This document shows, in pieces, positions 24,026-34,916 of a stretch of DNA of 64,000 nt. The translations under genes and the position numbers were made by a program. The stretch's first letter is position 1, and every line of letters begins with the position of its first letter. Source of the DNA: an uncultured Thermoleophilia bacterium (GTDB taxonomy: Bacteria; Actinomycetota; Thermoleophilia; UBA2241). The stretch spans positions 256,001 through 320,000 of the forward strand of contig CAVQSP010000014.1 of NCBI GenBank assembly GCA_963715985.1, written 5' to 3'. The notes beneath the pieces were generated by a model. That model saw nothing but the letters and a program-made list of their open reading frames with translations. It was not told the DNA's origin and ran no database searches.

Positions 24026-25844
24026 GTGACTTCTCTCGACCACATCCGCAACTTCAGCATCATCGCGCACATCGACCACGGCAAGTCGACGCTGGCCGAC
24101 CGCATCCTCGAGTCCACGGGCACGGTGGCGCACCGCGACATGAAGGAGCAGCTCCTCGACAAGATGGAGCTGGAGCGCGAGCGCGGCATCACGATCAAGA
24201 GCCAGGCCGTGCGCATCACATACCAGGCCCGCGACGGTCAGGCCTATCAGCTGAACCTCATCGATACCCCCGGCCATGTGGACTTCACCTACGAGGTCTC
24301 GCGCAGCCTCGCCGCCTGTGAGGGGGCCGTGCTCTTGGTCGACTCCACGCAGGGCGTGGAGGCACAGACCGTTGCCAACGCCTACCTCGCCATCGACAAC
24401 AATCTCGAGATCATCCCCGTGCTCAACAAGATCGACCTGCCGGCCAGCAACGTGCCGGAGGCCGAGCTGGAGCTGCACGAGCTCACCGGCGCCACGCACG
24501 ACGAGATCCTCACCGTTTCGGCCAAGACCGGCGCCGGCGTGGACGAGGTGCTGGAGGCGGTGGTCGCGCGCACGCCGCCGCCGGAGGGCGACACCGACGC
24601 CGCCCCGCGCGCCCTCATCTTCGACAGCGAGTACGACCAGTACCGCGGCGTGATCGCCTACGTGCGGGTCATGGACGGGGGGTTTGCCAAGCGGCAGCTC
24701 GTGACGCTCATGAGTACCGGGCAGGACGCGGAGATCGAGGAGCTCGGCTACTTCGGCCCCGAGATGAAGCCGACCGACCGGCTCGAGACCGGGGAGGTCG
24801 GCTACATCATCACCGGCGTCAAGGACGTCTCGCAGGTGCGCGTGGGGGACACGATCACGGACCGCAAGCGGCCGGCCGGCGAAGCCCTGCCGGGCTACAA
24901 GGTCGTGCAGCCGATGGTGTTCACCGGCCTCTTCCCGACGGAGGGGGACAAGTTCGAGGAGCTCCGCGACGCGCTCGAGAAGCTCAAGCTCAACGACGCG
25001 GCGCTCACGTACGAACCCGAGAGCTCGGTCGCCCTCGGCTTCGGCTTCCGCTGCGGCTTCCTGGGGCTCCTGCACATGGACATCGTGCGCGAGCGCCTCG
25101 AGCGCGAGTACGGCCTCGAGCTCATCACCACCATGCCCAACGTGGAGTACCACGCCTACCTGACCAACGGGAAGACGACGATCGTGCGCAACCCCGCGCA
25201 GATGCCGGAGGCGACGTTCGTCGACCACGTCGAGGAGCCGTTCGTGGCGGCCAGCATCCTCGTGCCCACGGAGTTCGTCGGCACGATCATGGAGCTGTGC
25301 CAGGGCCGCCGCGCCGACTTCGTCGACATGAAGTACCTCTCGCCGGAGCGTGTGGAGATGCACTACAAGCTGCCGCTCGGCGAGATCGTCCTGGACTTCT
25401 TCGACCAGCTCAAGACGCGCACGCGTGGCTACGCGTCACTGGACTACGAGTACTCCGGCTACCGGCAGAGCGACCTGGTCAAGCTCGACATCCTGCTCGC
25501 CGGCGAGCCCGTCGACGCGCTGTCGCTCATCACGCCGCGCGAACGCGCCCACTCTGCGCGGCAAGGCGCTCGTCACCAAGCTGCGCCAGAAGATCCCTCG
25601 CCAGCTGTTCGAGGTGCCGGTGCAGGCGGCGATCGGCAACAAGGTCGTGGCCCGCGAGACGGTCAAGGCGGTGCGCAAGGACGTCACCGCCAAGTGCTAC
25701 GGCGGGGACATCAGCCGCAAGCGCAAGCTGCTCGAGAAGCAGAAGGAAGGCAAGAAGCGGATGAAGCAGCTCGGCGTGGTCGAGGTGCCGCAGGAGGCCT
25801 TCCTGGCCGTGCTCGAACTGGAGCCCGGCGACAAGGACCGCTGA
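24026..25844 (+). CDS. lepA: Elongation factor 4 (frameshift near 25553)
   Basis: [43 protein letters not shown]; [18 protein letters not shown] in another frame. Confidence 0.97.
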
Positions 25845-26477
25845 TGGGCGGCGCCCCCGCAGCTCAGGGGCCGGGCGGCGGGGCGCGTCATCATGCGGCG
25901 TCGCCAGCCGCCGCGGCGACGCGCTTCGCGGCTCCGGAGCTCCGCTTTCACGCGTCGTTCCTCGCGGCGCTGCGGGAGTATCACGCCGAGGGCCGGCATC
26001 ACGAGCTGGACGAAGACCTGCTCGCGGACCCGCCCGAGTTCGCCCGCTACGTCGCCGCGGTCAACGCCGGGGTCGAGCGTCCGGGGGAGCCGGACTTCTA
26101 CCTGGCCGCCCTGCGCGGCGAGCAAGCGGCCGCGTGGCCGGACGGGTACGCGCCCCAGACCGTGCTGTGGTGGGTCGCCGGCGACGAGTACCTCGGCCGG
26201 CTCTCGATCCGCCACTGCCTGACGCCGCATCTGCTGCGCGAGGGCGGCACCATCGGCTTCGAGGTCCGGCCGAGCGCGCGGCGGCGAGGCCACGCCACGG
26301 CCATGCTGGCCGCGGCGCTGCCGCTCGCCGCCGCGCTCGGCGTCGATCCCGCCCGCGTGGACTGCGACGCCGCCAACACGGCGTCCCGCCGGGTGATCGA
26401 GATCGAACGGCGGTGTCCTCGACGAGGAGCGGGACGGCTCGCTCTTCTTCTGGGTGCCGACGTCACCGGGCAGATGA
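25844..26477 (+). CDS. GNAT family acetyltransferase (frameshift near 26403)
   Basis: [39 protein letters not shown], then NGGVLDEE...FWVPT in another frame. Confidence 0.85.
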
Positions 26478-27841
26478 CCGGACGCGCGGACGAGGCGGGG
26501 CGCGCCTTCGGCGGCCCGGTACGCCATGTGTACGTGCACGTGCCGTTTTGCCGCGCGAAGTGCGACTACTGCGACTTCGCCTCGGTGGCGGCGTGTGAAC
26601 CGGGCGCCGGGGCGAGCGGTGGCGCGGGCGGCATCGACGAGGCGAACGCCGTCTTCGACGCCTTCGTCGACGGTGTGGCCGCCGAGTGGGAGCGGGAACG
26701 GGCGGCGCACGACGTGCGCCGCCTCCGCACGCTGTACCTCGGCGGCGGCACGCCCAGCCTGCTGGGACCGGAACGGCTCGAGCGGCTTCTCGAGCTCTTC
26801 CGGCCGCATCTCACGCCCCACGCTGAGGTGACCGTGGAGGCCAACCCGGAGGACGTCGACGAGGCGTTCGCGGCGTGGGCGGCGGCCGCGCCGGTCGCCG
26901 GCGGAGCCGGCGCGGGGCGCGGCCTTCGCATCTCGCTCGGCGTGCAGAGCTTCGCGCCGCAGCTGCGTGCGGCGCTCGGGCGGCGGACGCAGGCAGATCC
27001 GGCCGCGGCCTTCTCGCGCCTGCGGCGCGCCGGCCTGCGCGTGCTCTCCCTCGACCTGATCCACGGCATCCCCGGCCAGACGGAGGACGACCTCGAGGCC
27101 GACATCGCCGCCGTGGTCGGCCTGGGCCCGGGACACGTGTCCTGGTACGAGCTCACGCTGGCGGCCGGCACGCCGCTGGCGGCGCGGCTGGCGGCCGGCA
27201 CGCCGCCGGCGCAGCGGCCGGCGGACGGTCCCGGCGGCGCTCGGGCGTGCGACGCCGGCGCTGCTCGCGAGCCGGACGCACCCGGCGCGGGCGCCGCCGA
27301 CCCGGCCGGCGCGGGCGCTGCTCGCGAGCCGGACGCACCCGCCGCGGGCGCCGCCGACCCGGCCGACGCGGCCGCCGCTCGCTACCGCCGCATCGTCCGC
27401 GCCCTCACGCGCGCCGGCTACGACTGGTACGAGGTCAGCAACTTCGCTCTGCCGGGCCGCAAGGCGCGCCACAACCTGGCGTACTGGCGCGCCCGGCCGT
27501 ACCTGGGCCTGGGGCCCGGCTCCGTGAGCACCGTCGGGGCGCGGCGCTGGACGGACCTGCCGGGCCCCGCGCCGTGGGGCACGGCGCTAGCCGCCGGCAC
27601 GCCGCCGCCACGCGACTTCGAGGACCTCGTCGACGGCGTCCGCGCCCGCGAGCGCCTGCTGCTCGCGGCCCGTTGCGGCGACCCCGTGCCGCTCGCCGAG
27701 GTCGACGGCGTCGTCGACCGGCGGGTGGCCGCGCAGCTCGCCGCGGCCGGATTGGTTTCCCTGCACAGTGGTACAATCCGGGTGACGCGAAAGGGGCGGT
27801 ACGTAGCCGGCGAGGTATGCGTACGTCTGTTTCGCGCTTAG
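26474..27841 (+). CDS. hemW: Radical SAM heme chaperone HemW
   Basis: [47 protein letters not shown]; sits between lepA and hrcA. Confidence 0.92.
   Translation: MTGRADEAGRAFGGPVRHVYVHVPFCRAKCDYCDFASVAACEPGAGASGGAGGIDEANAVFDAFVDGVAAEWERERAAHDVRRLRTLYLGGGTPSLLGPERLERLLELFRPHLTPHAEVTVEANPEDVDEAFAAWAAAAPVAGGAGAGRGLRISLGVQSFAPQLRAALGRRTQADPAAAFSRLRRAGLRVLSLDLIHGIPGQTEDDLEADIAAVVGLGPGHVSWYELTLAAGTPLAARLAAGTPPAQRPADGPGGARACDAGAAREPDAPGAGAADPAGAGAAREPDAPAAGAADPADAAAARYRRIVRALTRAGYDWYEVSNFALPGRKARHNLAYWRARPYLGLGPGSVSTVGARRWTDLPGPAPWGTALAAGTPPPRDFEDLVDGVRARERLLLAARCGDPVPLAEVDGVVDRRVAAQLAAAGLVSLHSGTIRVTRKGRYVAGEVCVRLFRA
27257..27370 (+). repeat. In-frame 57-bp tandem duplication inside hemW
   Basis: Two near-identical units encoding GAAREPDAP(G/A)AGAADPA(G/D)A. 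Confidence 0.9.
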
Positions 27842-27864
27842 CACTTAAGGGAGACGTGTTGCCG
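27838..27864 (+). promoter_or_regulatory. Degenerate CIRCE element over the hrcA RBS/start
   Basis: TTAGCACTT-N9-GTGTTGCCG versus consensus TTAGCACTC-N9-GAGTGCTAA; only the left arm is good; TACAAT -10 at about 27772. Confidence 0.45.
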
Positions 27865-28878
27865 CTCACATCACGACAGGAACAGGTACTGCGGGCCGTC
27901 ATCGAGGAGTACATCACCTCGGGCGCGCCGGTGGGCTCCAAGTATCTCAGCCAGCGCTTCACCTTCGGTGTGGCCGCCTCCACCATCCGCAACGACCTCG
28001 CCGATCTCGAGGACATGGGCATGCTCGCCCACCCCCACACGTCGGCGGGGCGCGTGCCCACCGACGTGGGCTACCGCCACTACGTGGACGTCATCGCCGG
28101 CGAGCGGCGCGAGGCGCCGCCGGCCTTCGCAGTCGAGCGAGACAGGGCGCGCAGCGAGATCGACGACGCCCTGCGAGAGACGGCCGAGGCGCTGTCGCGT
28201 GTCACCGAGCTCCTGGCGGTGGTCTCGGCGCCGGCGATGAGCACGTCGAGCATCCGCCACGTGGAGGTCCTCTCGCTGCAGCCTCACCTCGTGATGGTCG
28301 TGGTCATCACCACGTCAGGGCAGGTGACCAAGCGCGTCTTCAATCTGTCGGACGCTGTGGACGAGGGCCTCGCCGAGTTCGCCCGCGTGTACCTCAACGA
28401 GCGCCTCGTGGGCGCGCAGCTCGGCACGCGCCGCGCCGCCGCCGCCTTCGAGAGCCTCGAGCTGCGCCCGAAGGAGCGTGCCTTCCTCGACACCGTGCGC
28501 CCGGCCTTCGAGGCGCCGGGCCCGGGCGATGTGGAGGGCCTGCACTTCGGCGGCACGTCGCGGCTCTTCGACAACCTCAGCCGCGAGGGCGCCGGGCACC
28601 TGCACGAGGTGCTCGAGATGCTCGAGCAGCGGTACAACCTTCTCGAACTGCTCGCGGACGCCCTCCGCGAGGACGGCGTGTTCCTGCGCATCGGCCACGA
28701 GATGACGAGCCCGTCCCTGCAGGAGTGCTCCCTCGTCGCCGCCAACTACGGGGTGGCCAACCGCAACCTCGGCACGGTGAGCGTGCTCGGGCCCACCCGC
28801 ATGGACTACCAGGGCGTCATCGCCACGGTGCGCGCCACAGCCGACAGCCTCAGTACCTACCTGGAAGAGATCTGGTGA
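27856..28878 (+). CDS. hrcA: Heat-inducible transcription repressor HrcA
   Basis: PVGSK, STIRNDLADLE, PHTSAGRVPTD.GYR.YVD, GPTRMDY. Confidence 0.97.
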   Translation: MLPLTSRQEQVLRAVIEEYITSGAPVGSKYLSQRFTFGVAASTIRNDLADLEDMGMLAHPHTSAGRVPTDVGYRHYVDVIAGERREAPPAFAVERDRARSEIDDALRETAEALSRVTELLAVVSAPAMSTSSIRHVEVLSLQPHLVMVVVITTSGQVTKRVFNLSDAVDEGLAEFARVYLNERLVGAQLGTRRAAAAFESLELRPKERAFLDTVRPAFEAPGPGDVEGLHFGGTSRLFDNLSREGAGHLHEVLEMLEQRYNLLELLADALREDGVFLRIGHEMTSPSLQECSLVAANYGVANRNLGTVSVLGPTRMDYQGVIATVRATADSLSTYLEEIW

Positions 28879-28899
28879 CACGTTGACCTGTTTGCAGTC

Positions 28900-30048
28900 A
28901 TGAAGCGCGACTACTACGACGTGCTCGGCGTGCGCCGCGACGCCGACCAGGACGAGATCAAGAAGGCCTTCCGCCGGCTGGCCCGCGAGTGTCATCCGGA
29001 CGTGAACCCCGGCGACCCCGAGTGCGAGGCCCAGTTCAAGGAGGCCGCCGAGGCCTACGAGGTCCTCAACGACGCGGAAACGCGTGCGGCCTACGACCGC
29101 TACGGGTTCGACGGGCTCCGGGGCCGGCGCATGACCGACTTCGAGCACGTCGGCTTCAACGACCTGTTCAACATCTTCTTCGGCGGCGGCATGTTCGACT
29201 CGGTGCTGCGCGACGCCGGGGGCATGTGGGGCGGTGCCGCGGGCAGCGCGCCGCAGCCGCGCGGCGATGACGTGGAGTCCGTGCTCGATCTCACCTTTGC
29301 GGAGTCCGTGTTCGGGGTCTCCAAGGGTGTCGAGGTGCGCGCCGACGCGACCTGCGCCACCTGCGGGGGCAGCGGCGCCCGCCCGGGCACCGGGCGCGAC
29401 ACCTGCCCGCAGTGTCACGGCAGCGGCCGCATGCGCGAGGTGTCGAGCCTCGGCGGCTTCGGGCAGTTCATCCGCACGAGCACGTGCAGCCTCTGCCGCG
29501 GTCAGGGCTCCATCGTGCAGGACCCGTGCGAGGACTGCCGCGGCGCCGGGCGCCTGCGCGCCACGCGCACCGTCACCGTGGACGTGCCGGCCGGCATCGC
29601 CGATGGCCAGCGCCTTCGCCTCACAGGGGAGGGCGGCGCCGGCGCTCAGGGCGGCCGACCCGGCGACCTGTACGTGGCCATCGCCGTCGAGCCGCACGAC
29701 CACTTCGTGCGCGACGGCGACGACCTGGTCTACCGCCTCGACGTCACCATGGTCGACGCGGCGCTGGGTACCACGGCCTACGTACCTGCGCTCGACGGCG
29801 ACCTGGAGGTCGAGCTCAAGCCCGGCACCCAGCCCGGGGAGGTCAAGACGTTCCGTAGCCGCGGCGTGCCGGTGCTGCAGGGCCACGGCCGCGGCGACCT
29901 CAAGGTCCTCGTCAACGTCCAGGTGCCGCGCCACCTCACCGAGGAGCAGCGGGACCTGCTGGAGCAGTTCGCCGCGCTCACCGGCGACGCCAACTACGAG
30001 CCCGACCAGAGCTTCCTCGACAAGGTACGGGCCGTCTTCCGGCAGTGA
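28900..30048 (+). CDS. dnaJ: Chaperone DnaJ
   Basis: DYYDVLGV, HPD, four CxxCxGxG repeats, GDLYV. Confidence 0.98.
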   Translation: MKRDYYDVLGVRRDADQDEIKKAFRRLARECHPDVNPGDPECEAQFKEAAEAYEVLNDAETRAAYDRYGFDGLRGRRMTDFEHVGFNDLFNIFFGGGMFDSVLRDAGGMWGGAAGSAPQPRGDDVESVLDLTFAESVFGVSKGVEVRADATCATCGGSGARPGTGRDTCPQCHGSGRMREVSSLGGFGQFIRTSTCSLCRGQGSIVQDPCEDCRGAGRLRATRTVTVDVPAGIADGQRLRLTGEGGAGAQGGRPGDLYVAIAVEPHDHFVRDGDDLVYRLDVTMVDAALGTTAYVPALDGDLEVELKPGTQPGEVKTFRSRGVPVLQGHGRGDLKVLVNVQVPRHLTEEQRDLLEQFAALTGDANYEPDQSFLDKVRAVFRQ

Positions 30049-30980
30049 CGTGCCCGGTCTACACGCGGTACACGCTGCGGCTCCCTGCGGCGGCGGTACC
30101 CGGTGGCGGCGGGGTCCGGGCAGCCGAGGTGCCCGACGACTGGTCGGGCGCCGCAGCGTACGCCACGCCGGACGAGCCGCCGGAGTACGCCCACCCCGAG
30201 GCGGTCGCCCTCGTCGCGTCTCTGCAGCCCGGCGGCTGGCTGGAGGAGGACGACGGCGACACCATCGTGTTCTGGCTGGAGGAGGGCGCCGAGGCGGCGG
30301 ATGCGGTCGCCGGCGGCCTCACCCGGCTCCGCGCGCTCGGGCGGCTCGAAGCCGCGCCCGAGCGCCCCGGCTGGGAGGTCGCCTGGCGGGCCTTCCACCG
30401 GCCGCAGGTCGTGGGCCAGCTGTACGTGCGTCCGCCCTGGTACCCCGCCCGCGACGACCTGCTCGACGTGGTCGTGGAGGCGGGCCAGGGGTTCGGCACC
30501 GGCGGGCATCCCACCACGCGCCAGTGCCTGGAGGAGCTCCAGGAGATCGCTCCGCGCTCGTTGCTGGACCTCGGGTGCGGCTCGGGCGTGGTCTCGCTGG
30601 CGGCGCTGCGGCTGGGCTTCACCCCTGTGTGGGGCGTGGACGCGGATCCCGCGGCGCTGCGGTCGGCGGATGAGAACGCCGTGCGCAACGGCCTCGCTCC
30701 CGCGTTCAGCGCCGGCGATGTCACCGCGGATGACTGTGCGCTGCCGGAGGCGGCCACAGTGGTCGCCAACATCGCCTTGAGACCCATCCTGCGGCTGGCG
30801 CGCCGCTTCGGCGCCGGCCCGGGCGCAGAGGCGCCGGCGCTGCATCCGGACCACCTGCTGCTCGCGGGGCTCCTGGTGGAGCAGGCGGACGAGGCTGTGG
30901 CCGCGTTCCCGGCCTACGAGGAGCTGCGGCGCCGCGACGACGGGGAGTGGGCGCTGGTCCACCTCGTGAGGCGCGCGTGA
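30045..30980 (+). CDS. prmA: Ribosomal protein L11 methyltransferase
   Basis: GQGFGTGGHPTT, LDLGCGSG, VANI; follows dnaJ. Confidence 0.9.
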   Translation: MTCPVYTRYTLRLPAAAVPGGGGVRAAEVPDDWSGAAAYATPDEPPEYAHPEAVALVASLQPGGWLEEDDGDTIVFWLEEGAEAADAVAGGLTRLRALGRLEAAPERPGWEVAWRAFHRPQVVGQLYVRPPWYPARDDLLDVVVEAGQGFGTGGHPTTRQCLEELQEIAPRSLLDLGCGSGVVSLAALRLGFTPVWGVDADPAALRSADENAVRNGLAPAFSAGDVTADDCALPEAATVVANIALRPILRLARRFGAGPGAEAPALHPDHLLLAGLLVEQADEAVAAFPAYEELRRRDDGEWALVHLVRRA

Positions 30981-32263
30981 CCACCGTCGGTTCGGCGTTC
31001 GTGGGCTGCAAGGTCAGCCAGGCCGACGGGGAGGAGGCGCTTGCGGGCCTCGCCGCCGCCGGCCTGTCCACGTCGGCGGCGCGACGGGACGCGGACGTCG
31101 TGGTCTTGCATACGTGCTGCGTGACGGCGGAGGCCGAACGCAAGTCCCGCCGCATGGCGCGGCGCCTCGCCGCGGACGGCCGGCGTGTGCTGGTCGCGGG
31201 CTGCGCCGCGGTGCTGCACCCGGAGCAGTTCCAGGGGGACGGCCTCGAGGTGGTGGGCAGGCCGGACTGGGCGGCGGTGGCGGCGGGACTGCACGAGCGG
31301 AGTGAGTCGTCCGGCGGTTCGCAGGCCGTGGATGCGGCAGGGGTCGCGGACGCCGCCGGGGCCGCCGACGCCGAGTCGCCCGCCGCGGACAGGGCGGCGA
31401 CCGGCGGGCGCACGCGCTTCATACTCAAGGTCCAGGACGGCTGCAGCGGGAGTTGCAGTTTCTGTGTGGTGCGGCTGGTGCGGGGGCGGCCGCGCAGCAC
31501 GCCCCTGGGCGACGTTCTCGCGGCCGCCCGCACGGCTCTCGAGGGGGAATGCGGCGAGGTCGTGCTCAGCGGCGTCGACCTCGGCGCCTGGCGGGACGGT
31601 GAGCTACGCCTGCCGGACCTCGTGGGCGCACTGGCAGACCTGCCGGGGCTGGCCCGGCTGCGGCTCTCGTCGCTCGAGCCGCGGCACCTCGACGACGCCC
31701 TGCTGGCGGCGCTCGCGCACCCGCGAGTCGCCAGACACCTGCACGTGCCGCTGCAGTCGGCGGACGACGGCGTGCTGCGCGCCATGCGCAGGCCCTACAC
31801 GTACCGCGCGTACCTGGACGCCGCCGCCCGCATGCAGGCCCGTCTCGGCGACTGTATGCTCAGTACCGACGTGATCGCGGGATTCCCGGCAGAGGACGAG
31901 GCGGCCTTCGAGCGCACGCTGGCGGCGCTGGAGAGCGGCCTCTTCGGCCGCGTGCACGTGTTCGCCTACTCGGCGCGGCCGGGGACGGCGGCGGCGGAGC
32001 TGCCGGCCCTGCCGGCCGCGCTCGTCAAGGAGCGCACGCGCCGCGCGCTGGCGGCCGCCGAGGCGGCCGCACGCGCCGCGCGCCGCGCCTCCCTGGGCAG
32101 GCCGGCGGAGGTGCTCGTGGAGGACTGCCGCGGCGGTCTCTGGAGGGGGTACAGTTCGGAGTACATCCGCTACTACCTCGAGGGGACCGCCGCCCCGGGT
32201 ACGCTGGTCGCCGCCGTGGCCGGCGAAGAGTACGAGGATGGAGTGAAAGGACGCATCGCATGA
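30977..32263 (+). CDS. mtaB: tRNA t6A methylthiotransferase MtaB-like
   Basis: GCKVSQ, HTCCVT, GC, KVQDGCSGSCSFC, RLSSLEP, HLHVPLQS, HVFAYS.RPGT. Confidence 0.88.
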   Translation: MTTVGSAFVGCKVSQADGEEALAGLAAAGLSTSAARRDADVVVLHTCCVTAEAERKSRRMARRLAADGRRVLVAGCAAVLHPEQFQGDGLEVVGRPDWAAVAAGLHERSESSGGSQAVDAAGVADAAGAADAESPAADRAATGGRTRFILKVQDGCSGSCSFCVVRLVRGRPRSTPLGDVLAAARTALEGECGEVVLSGVDLGAWRDGELRLPDLVGALADLPGLARLRLSSLEPRHLDDALLAALAHPRVARHLHVPLQSADDGVLRAMRRPYTYRAYLDAAARMQARLGDCMLSTDVIAGFPAEDEAAFERTLAALESGLFGRVHVFAYSARPGTAAAELPALPAALVKERTRRALAAAEAAARAARRASLGRPAEVLVEDCRGGLWRGYSSEYIRYYLEGTAAPGTLVAAVAGEEYEDGVKGRIA

Positions 32264-32718
32264 GAGAGCTCGGCGTCATCGAGCAGCGCATCAAGGACGA
32301 TTCCACGGCCGCCCTCAAGGCCGCCGACAAGCGGCGCCGCGACGCCCTGTCGTCGTTCGTCGCGGCGCTCAAGAAGGAGCGCATCGACAGCCGCAGGCAG
32401 CCCACGGAGGCCGACGAGCTCACGGTGCTCAAGCGCGAGAAGAAGCGCCGCGCCGAGGCCATCGAGCTCTACGACGGGGCAGGCCGCACGGACCTCGCCG
32501 ACCAGGAGCGCTACGAGTTCGTGCTGCTGAGCGGGTACATGCCGGAGGAGCTCGGCGACGAGGAGCTCGAGGCGCTGGTGGACGAGGGCATCGCCGCCAC
32601 CCAAGCCGCGACGCCCAGGGACATGGGCAAGGTCATGGGCTGGCTCAAGCCCAAGGTGGCCGGCCGTGCGGACGGGAAGAAGCTGAGCGCTCTCGTCCGC
32701 GAGAAGCTCGGGGGGTGA
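32260..32718 (+). CDS. yqeY: GatB/YqeY domain protein
   Basis: KKRRAEAIELY..AGR.DLA..E, DMGKVMG, GRADGK. Confidence 0.92.
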   Translation: MRELGVIEQRIKDDSTAALKAADKRRRDALSSFVAALKKERIDSRRQPTEADELTVLKREKKRRAEAIELYDGAGRTDLADQERYEFVLLSGYMPEELGDEELEALVDEGIAATQAATPRDMGKVMGWLKPKVAGRADGKKLSALVREKLGG

Positions 32719-33737
32719 CGGTGCCGCAGCTCACGCGCACGGTCATCGACCTCGACAGCAACAGCATCGCGCAGGCGCTGGCCGGGGACCACGACGCGCA
32801 CCTCAAGATCCTCGAGAACCGCCTGGATTGCACGCTGACGATGCGCGGCAACGTGCTCATCCTCGAGGGGAGGGACGAGGCCGTGAGCCAGGCGCGCTCG
32901 GCGCTGGAGGAGCTCCTCACCGTGATCGCCTCCGGACGCCCGGTGAACCCCGCCATGGTCGAGTCCCTCATGGACATCGCCGTGAACTCCTCGGGCAAAC
33001 CGTCCGAGGTGTACGGCGATGTGGTGTGGACGCACCGCGGACGGCAGATCGGCCCGCGTACCGTCAACCAGAAGCTGTACGTGGACGCCATCCGCAGCAG
33101 GACGATCACGTTCGGCATCGGCCCGGCGGGCACCGGCAAGACCTACCTGGCCACGGCGATGGCCGTGAGCTCGTTCTTCTCCAAGCAGGTGGGGCGCATC
33201 ATCCTCACCCGCCCGGCCGTGGAGGCGGGGGAGAGCCTCGGCTTCCTGCCCGGCACCGTGTCCGAGAAGGTCGACCCCTACTTCCGCCCCTTGTTCGACG
33301 CCCTCTACGACATGATCGAACCGGAGAAGCTGGCGACGCTCATCGAGAAGGGCGAGATCGAGGTGGCGCCGCTGGCGTTCATGCGCGGGCGCACGCTCAA
33401 CGACTCGTTCATCATCCTCGACGAGGCGCAGAACACCTCGCCGGAGCAGATGAAGATGTTCCTCACGCGCCTGGGCTTCGGCTCCAAGATGGTGGTCACC
33501 GGCGACGTCACGCAGATCGACCTGCCGCACAGCCGCACGTCGGGGCTCGTCACCGTGCCCGAGGTCCTCGAGGAGATCGACGACATCGCCATCACGCACT
33601 TCGACGGTCACGACGTGGTGCGGCACAAGCTGGTGCAGCGCATCGTCAACGCCTATCGCGACCACGATGAGCGCCTGGCGGCGAGCAGGCCGGCGCCGCG
33701 GCGCGGCGAGCGCCCGCCGCGGGAGGCCGGCTCGTGA
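32715..33737 (+). CDS. phoH: PhoH family ATPase
   Basis: GPAGTGKTYLA, RPAVEAGE.LGFLPG, MRGRTL, DEAQN, GDVTQIDLP. Confidence 0.96.
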   Translation: MTVPQLTRTVIDLDSNSIAQALAGDHDAHLKILENRLDCTLTMRGNVLILEGRDEAVSQARSALEELLTVIASGRPVNPAMVESLMDIAVNSSGKPSEVYGDVVWTHRGRQIGPRTVNQKLYVDAIRSRTITFGIGPAGTGKTYLATAMAVSSFFSKQVGRIILTRPAVEAGESLGFLPGTVSEKVDPYFRPLFDALYDMIEPEKLATLIEKGEIEVAPLAFMRGRTLNDSFIILDEAQNTSPEQMKMFLTRLGFGSKMVVTGDVTQIDLPHSRTSGLVTVPEVLEEIDDIAITHFDGHDVVRHKLVQRIVNAYRDHDERLAASRPAPRRGERPPREAGS

Positions 33738-34213
33738 ACCTCGTCGAGGTCTACAACGCCACCCGCACTGAGGTCGACGAGGAGGCCGTGGCGGCGCTCG
33801 TCGACTGCGTGCTTGCGGCCGAAGGCGTGCTGAATGCGGAGCTCGGCGTGGAGCTCGTCGGCGAGCGCCGCATCCGCGACCTCAACCGCGAGCACCGCGG
33901 TAAGGACGAGGTCACCGACGTGCTCTCGTTCCCGCTCGAAGAGGCGGACGAGGAGCCTGACGCGGCGGCGGAGGGCGAGGGCGGCCCGCCGCGCCTGCTC
34001 GGCGACATCGTGATCTGCGCGCGCCGGGCGCTGCGCCAGGCGCGCGCCGACGGCCTGCCGCCGGCCTTCGAGCTCGCGGTGCTCCTCGCCCACGGCACCC
34101 TGCACCTGCTCGGCCACGACCATGAGACCGACGCCGGGCAGATGGCGCTGCGCCAGGCCGAGGTCCTGGAGCTCGTGCGCTGGGAGGGCCTGCTTGTCTC
34201 AACGCCGAGGTAA
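33734..34213 (+). CDS. ybeY: rRNA maturation endoribonuclease YbeY
   Basis: TDVLSFP, LGDIVI, HGTLHLLGHDH. Confidence 0.96.
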   Translation: MNLVEVYNATRTEVDEEAVAALVDCVLAAEGVLNAELGVELVGERRIRDLNREHRGKDEVTDVLSFPLEEADEEPDAAAEGEGGPPRLLGDIVICARRALRQARADGLPPAFELAVLLAHGTLHLLGHDHETDAGQMALRQAEVLELVRWEGLLVSTPR

Positions 34214-34916
34214 CCTTCTCCACAGCTTCAACTGGGCGTTCGACGGCATCGTCTACGCGCTCCGTCACGAGCGCAACATGTGGATCCACTTCACCGTCGC
34301 CGGCCTGGTGCTCGTGGCCGCCCTCTTCTTCGCGCTCACCCGGCTCGAGGTGATCGCACTGCTCGTGGCCATCTCCTTCGTGCTCATCACCGAGATGTTC
34401 AACACCGCCATCGAGCACGTCGTCGACCTGGTCACCGACGAGGACGACCCGCGCGCCCGAGCCGCCAAGGACGTGGCGGCGGGCGCGGTGCTCGTTGCCG
34501 CCGTCAACGCCATCGCCGTGGCGTACCTGGTCTTCTACGACAAGATCACGTACGTCCCGTACACGCTGCTCAGCAAGCTGCGCAGCTCGCCCATCGACGT
34601 CACCGTGATCGCCCTCTTCATCGTCATCCTGGTGGCCGTCGCCGTGAAGGCCATCACTCACCGGGGCACGGCGTTCCGCGGCGGCCTGCCGTCGGCGCAC
34701 GCCGCCGTCGCCTTCGGCGCCTGGGTGGCGGTCACCGTGGTGGCCACAAGTACGGGCTACGCGCTGCCCATCTCGGCGATCACGCTGTTCCTCGCCTTCC
34801 TCGTCGCCCAGAGCCGCGTACAGACCGGCGTCCACACCTTCCCTGAGGTGGCGCTGGGCGCCGCCCTCGGCATCGTCGTCACGCTGGTCGTGTTCCGCGT
34901 GTGGTACCCGCTGTGA
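34194..34916 (+). CDS. dgkA: Diacylglycerol/undecaprenol kinase fused to a PAP2-like domain
   Basis: SF.WAFDGI...ERNM.IH, EMFNTAIE..VD, AKDVAAGAV; C-terminal GGLPSAHAA...SRV..GVHT..EV; TTG start after GGAGG. Confidence 0.9.
   Translation: MSQRRGNLLHSFNWAFDGIVYALRHERNMWIHFTVAGLVLVAALFFALTRLEVIALLVAISFVLITEMFNTAIEHVVDLVTDEDDPRARAAKDVAAGAVLVAAVNAIAVAYLVFYDKITYVPYTLLSKLRSSPIDVTVIALFIVILVAVAVKAITHRGTAFRGGLPSAHAAVAFGAWVAVTVVATSTGYALPISAITLFLAFLVAQSRVQTGVHTFPEVALGAALGIVVTLVVFRVWYPL

Noticed and set aside
22748-27841. 1697-aa ORF suggesting a LepA-GNAT-HemW fusion
   Set aside because: Artefact of two frameshifts; lepA ends at 25844 and the GNAT at 26477 in other frames, with overlapping stop/start junctions
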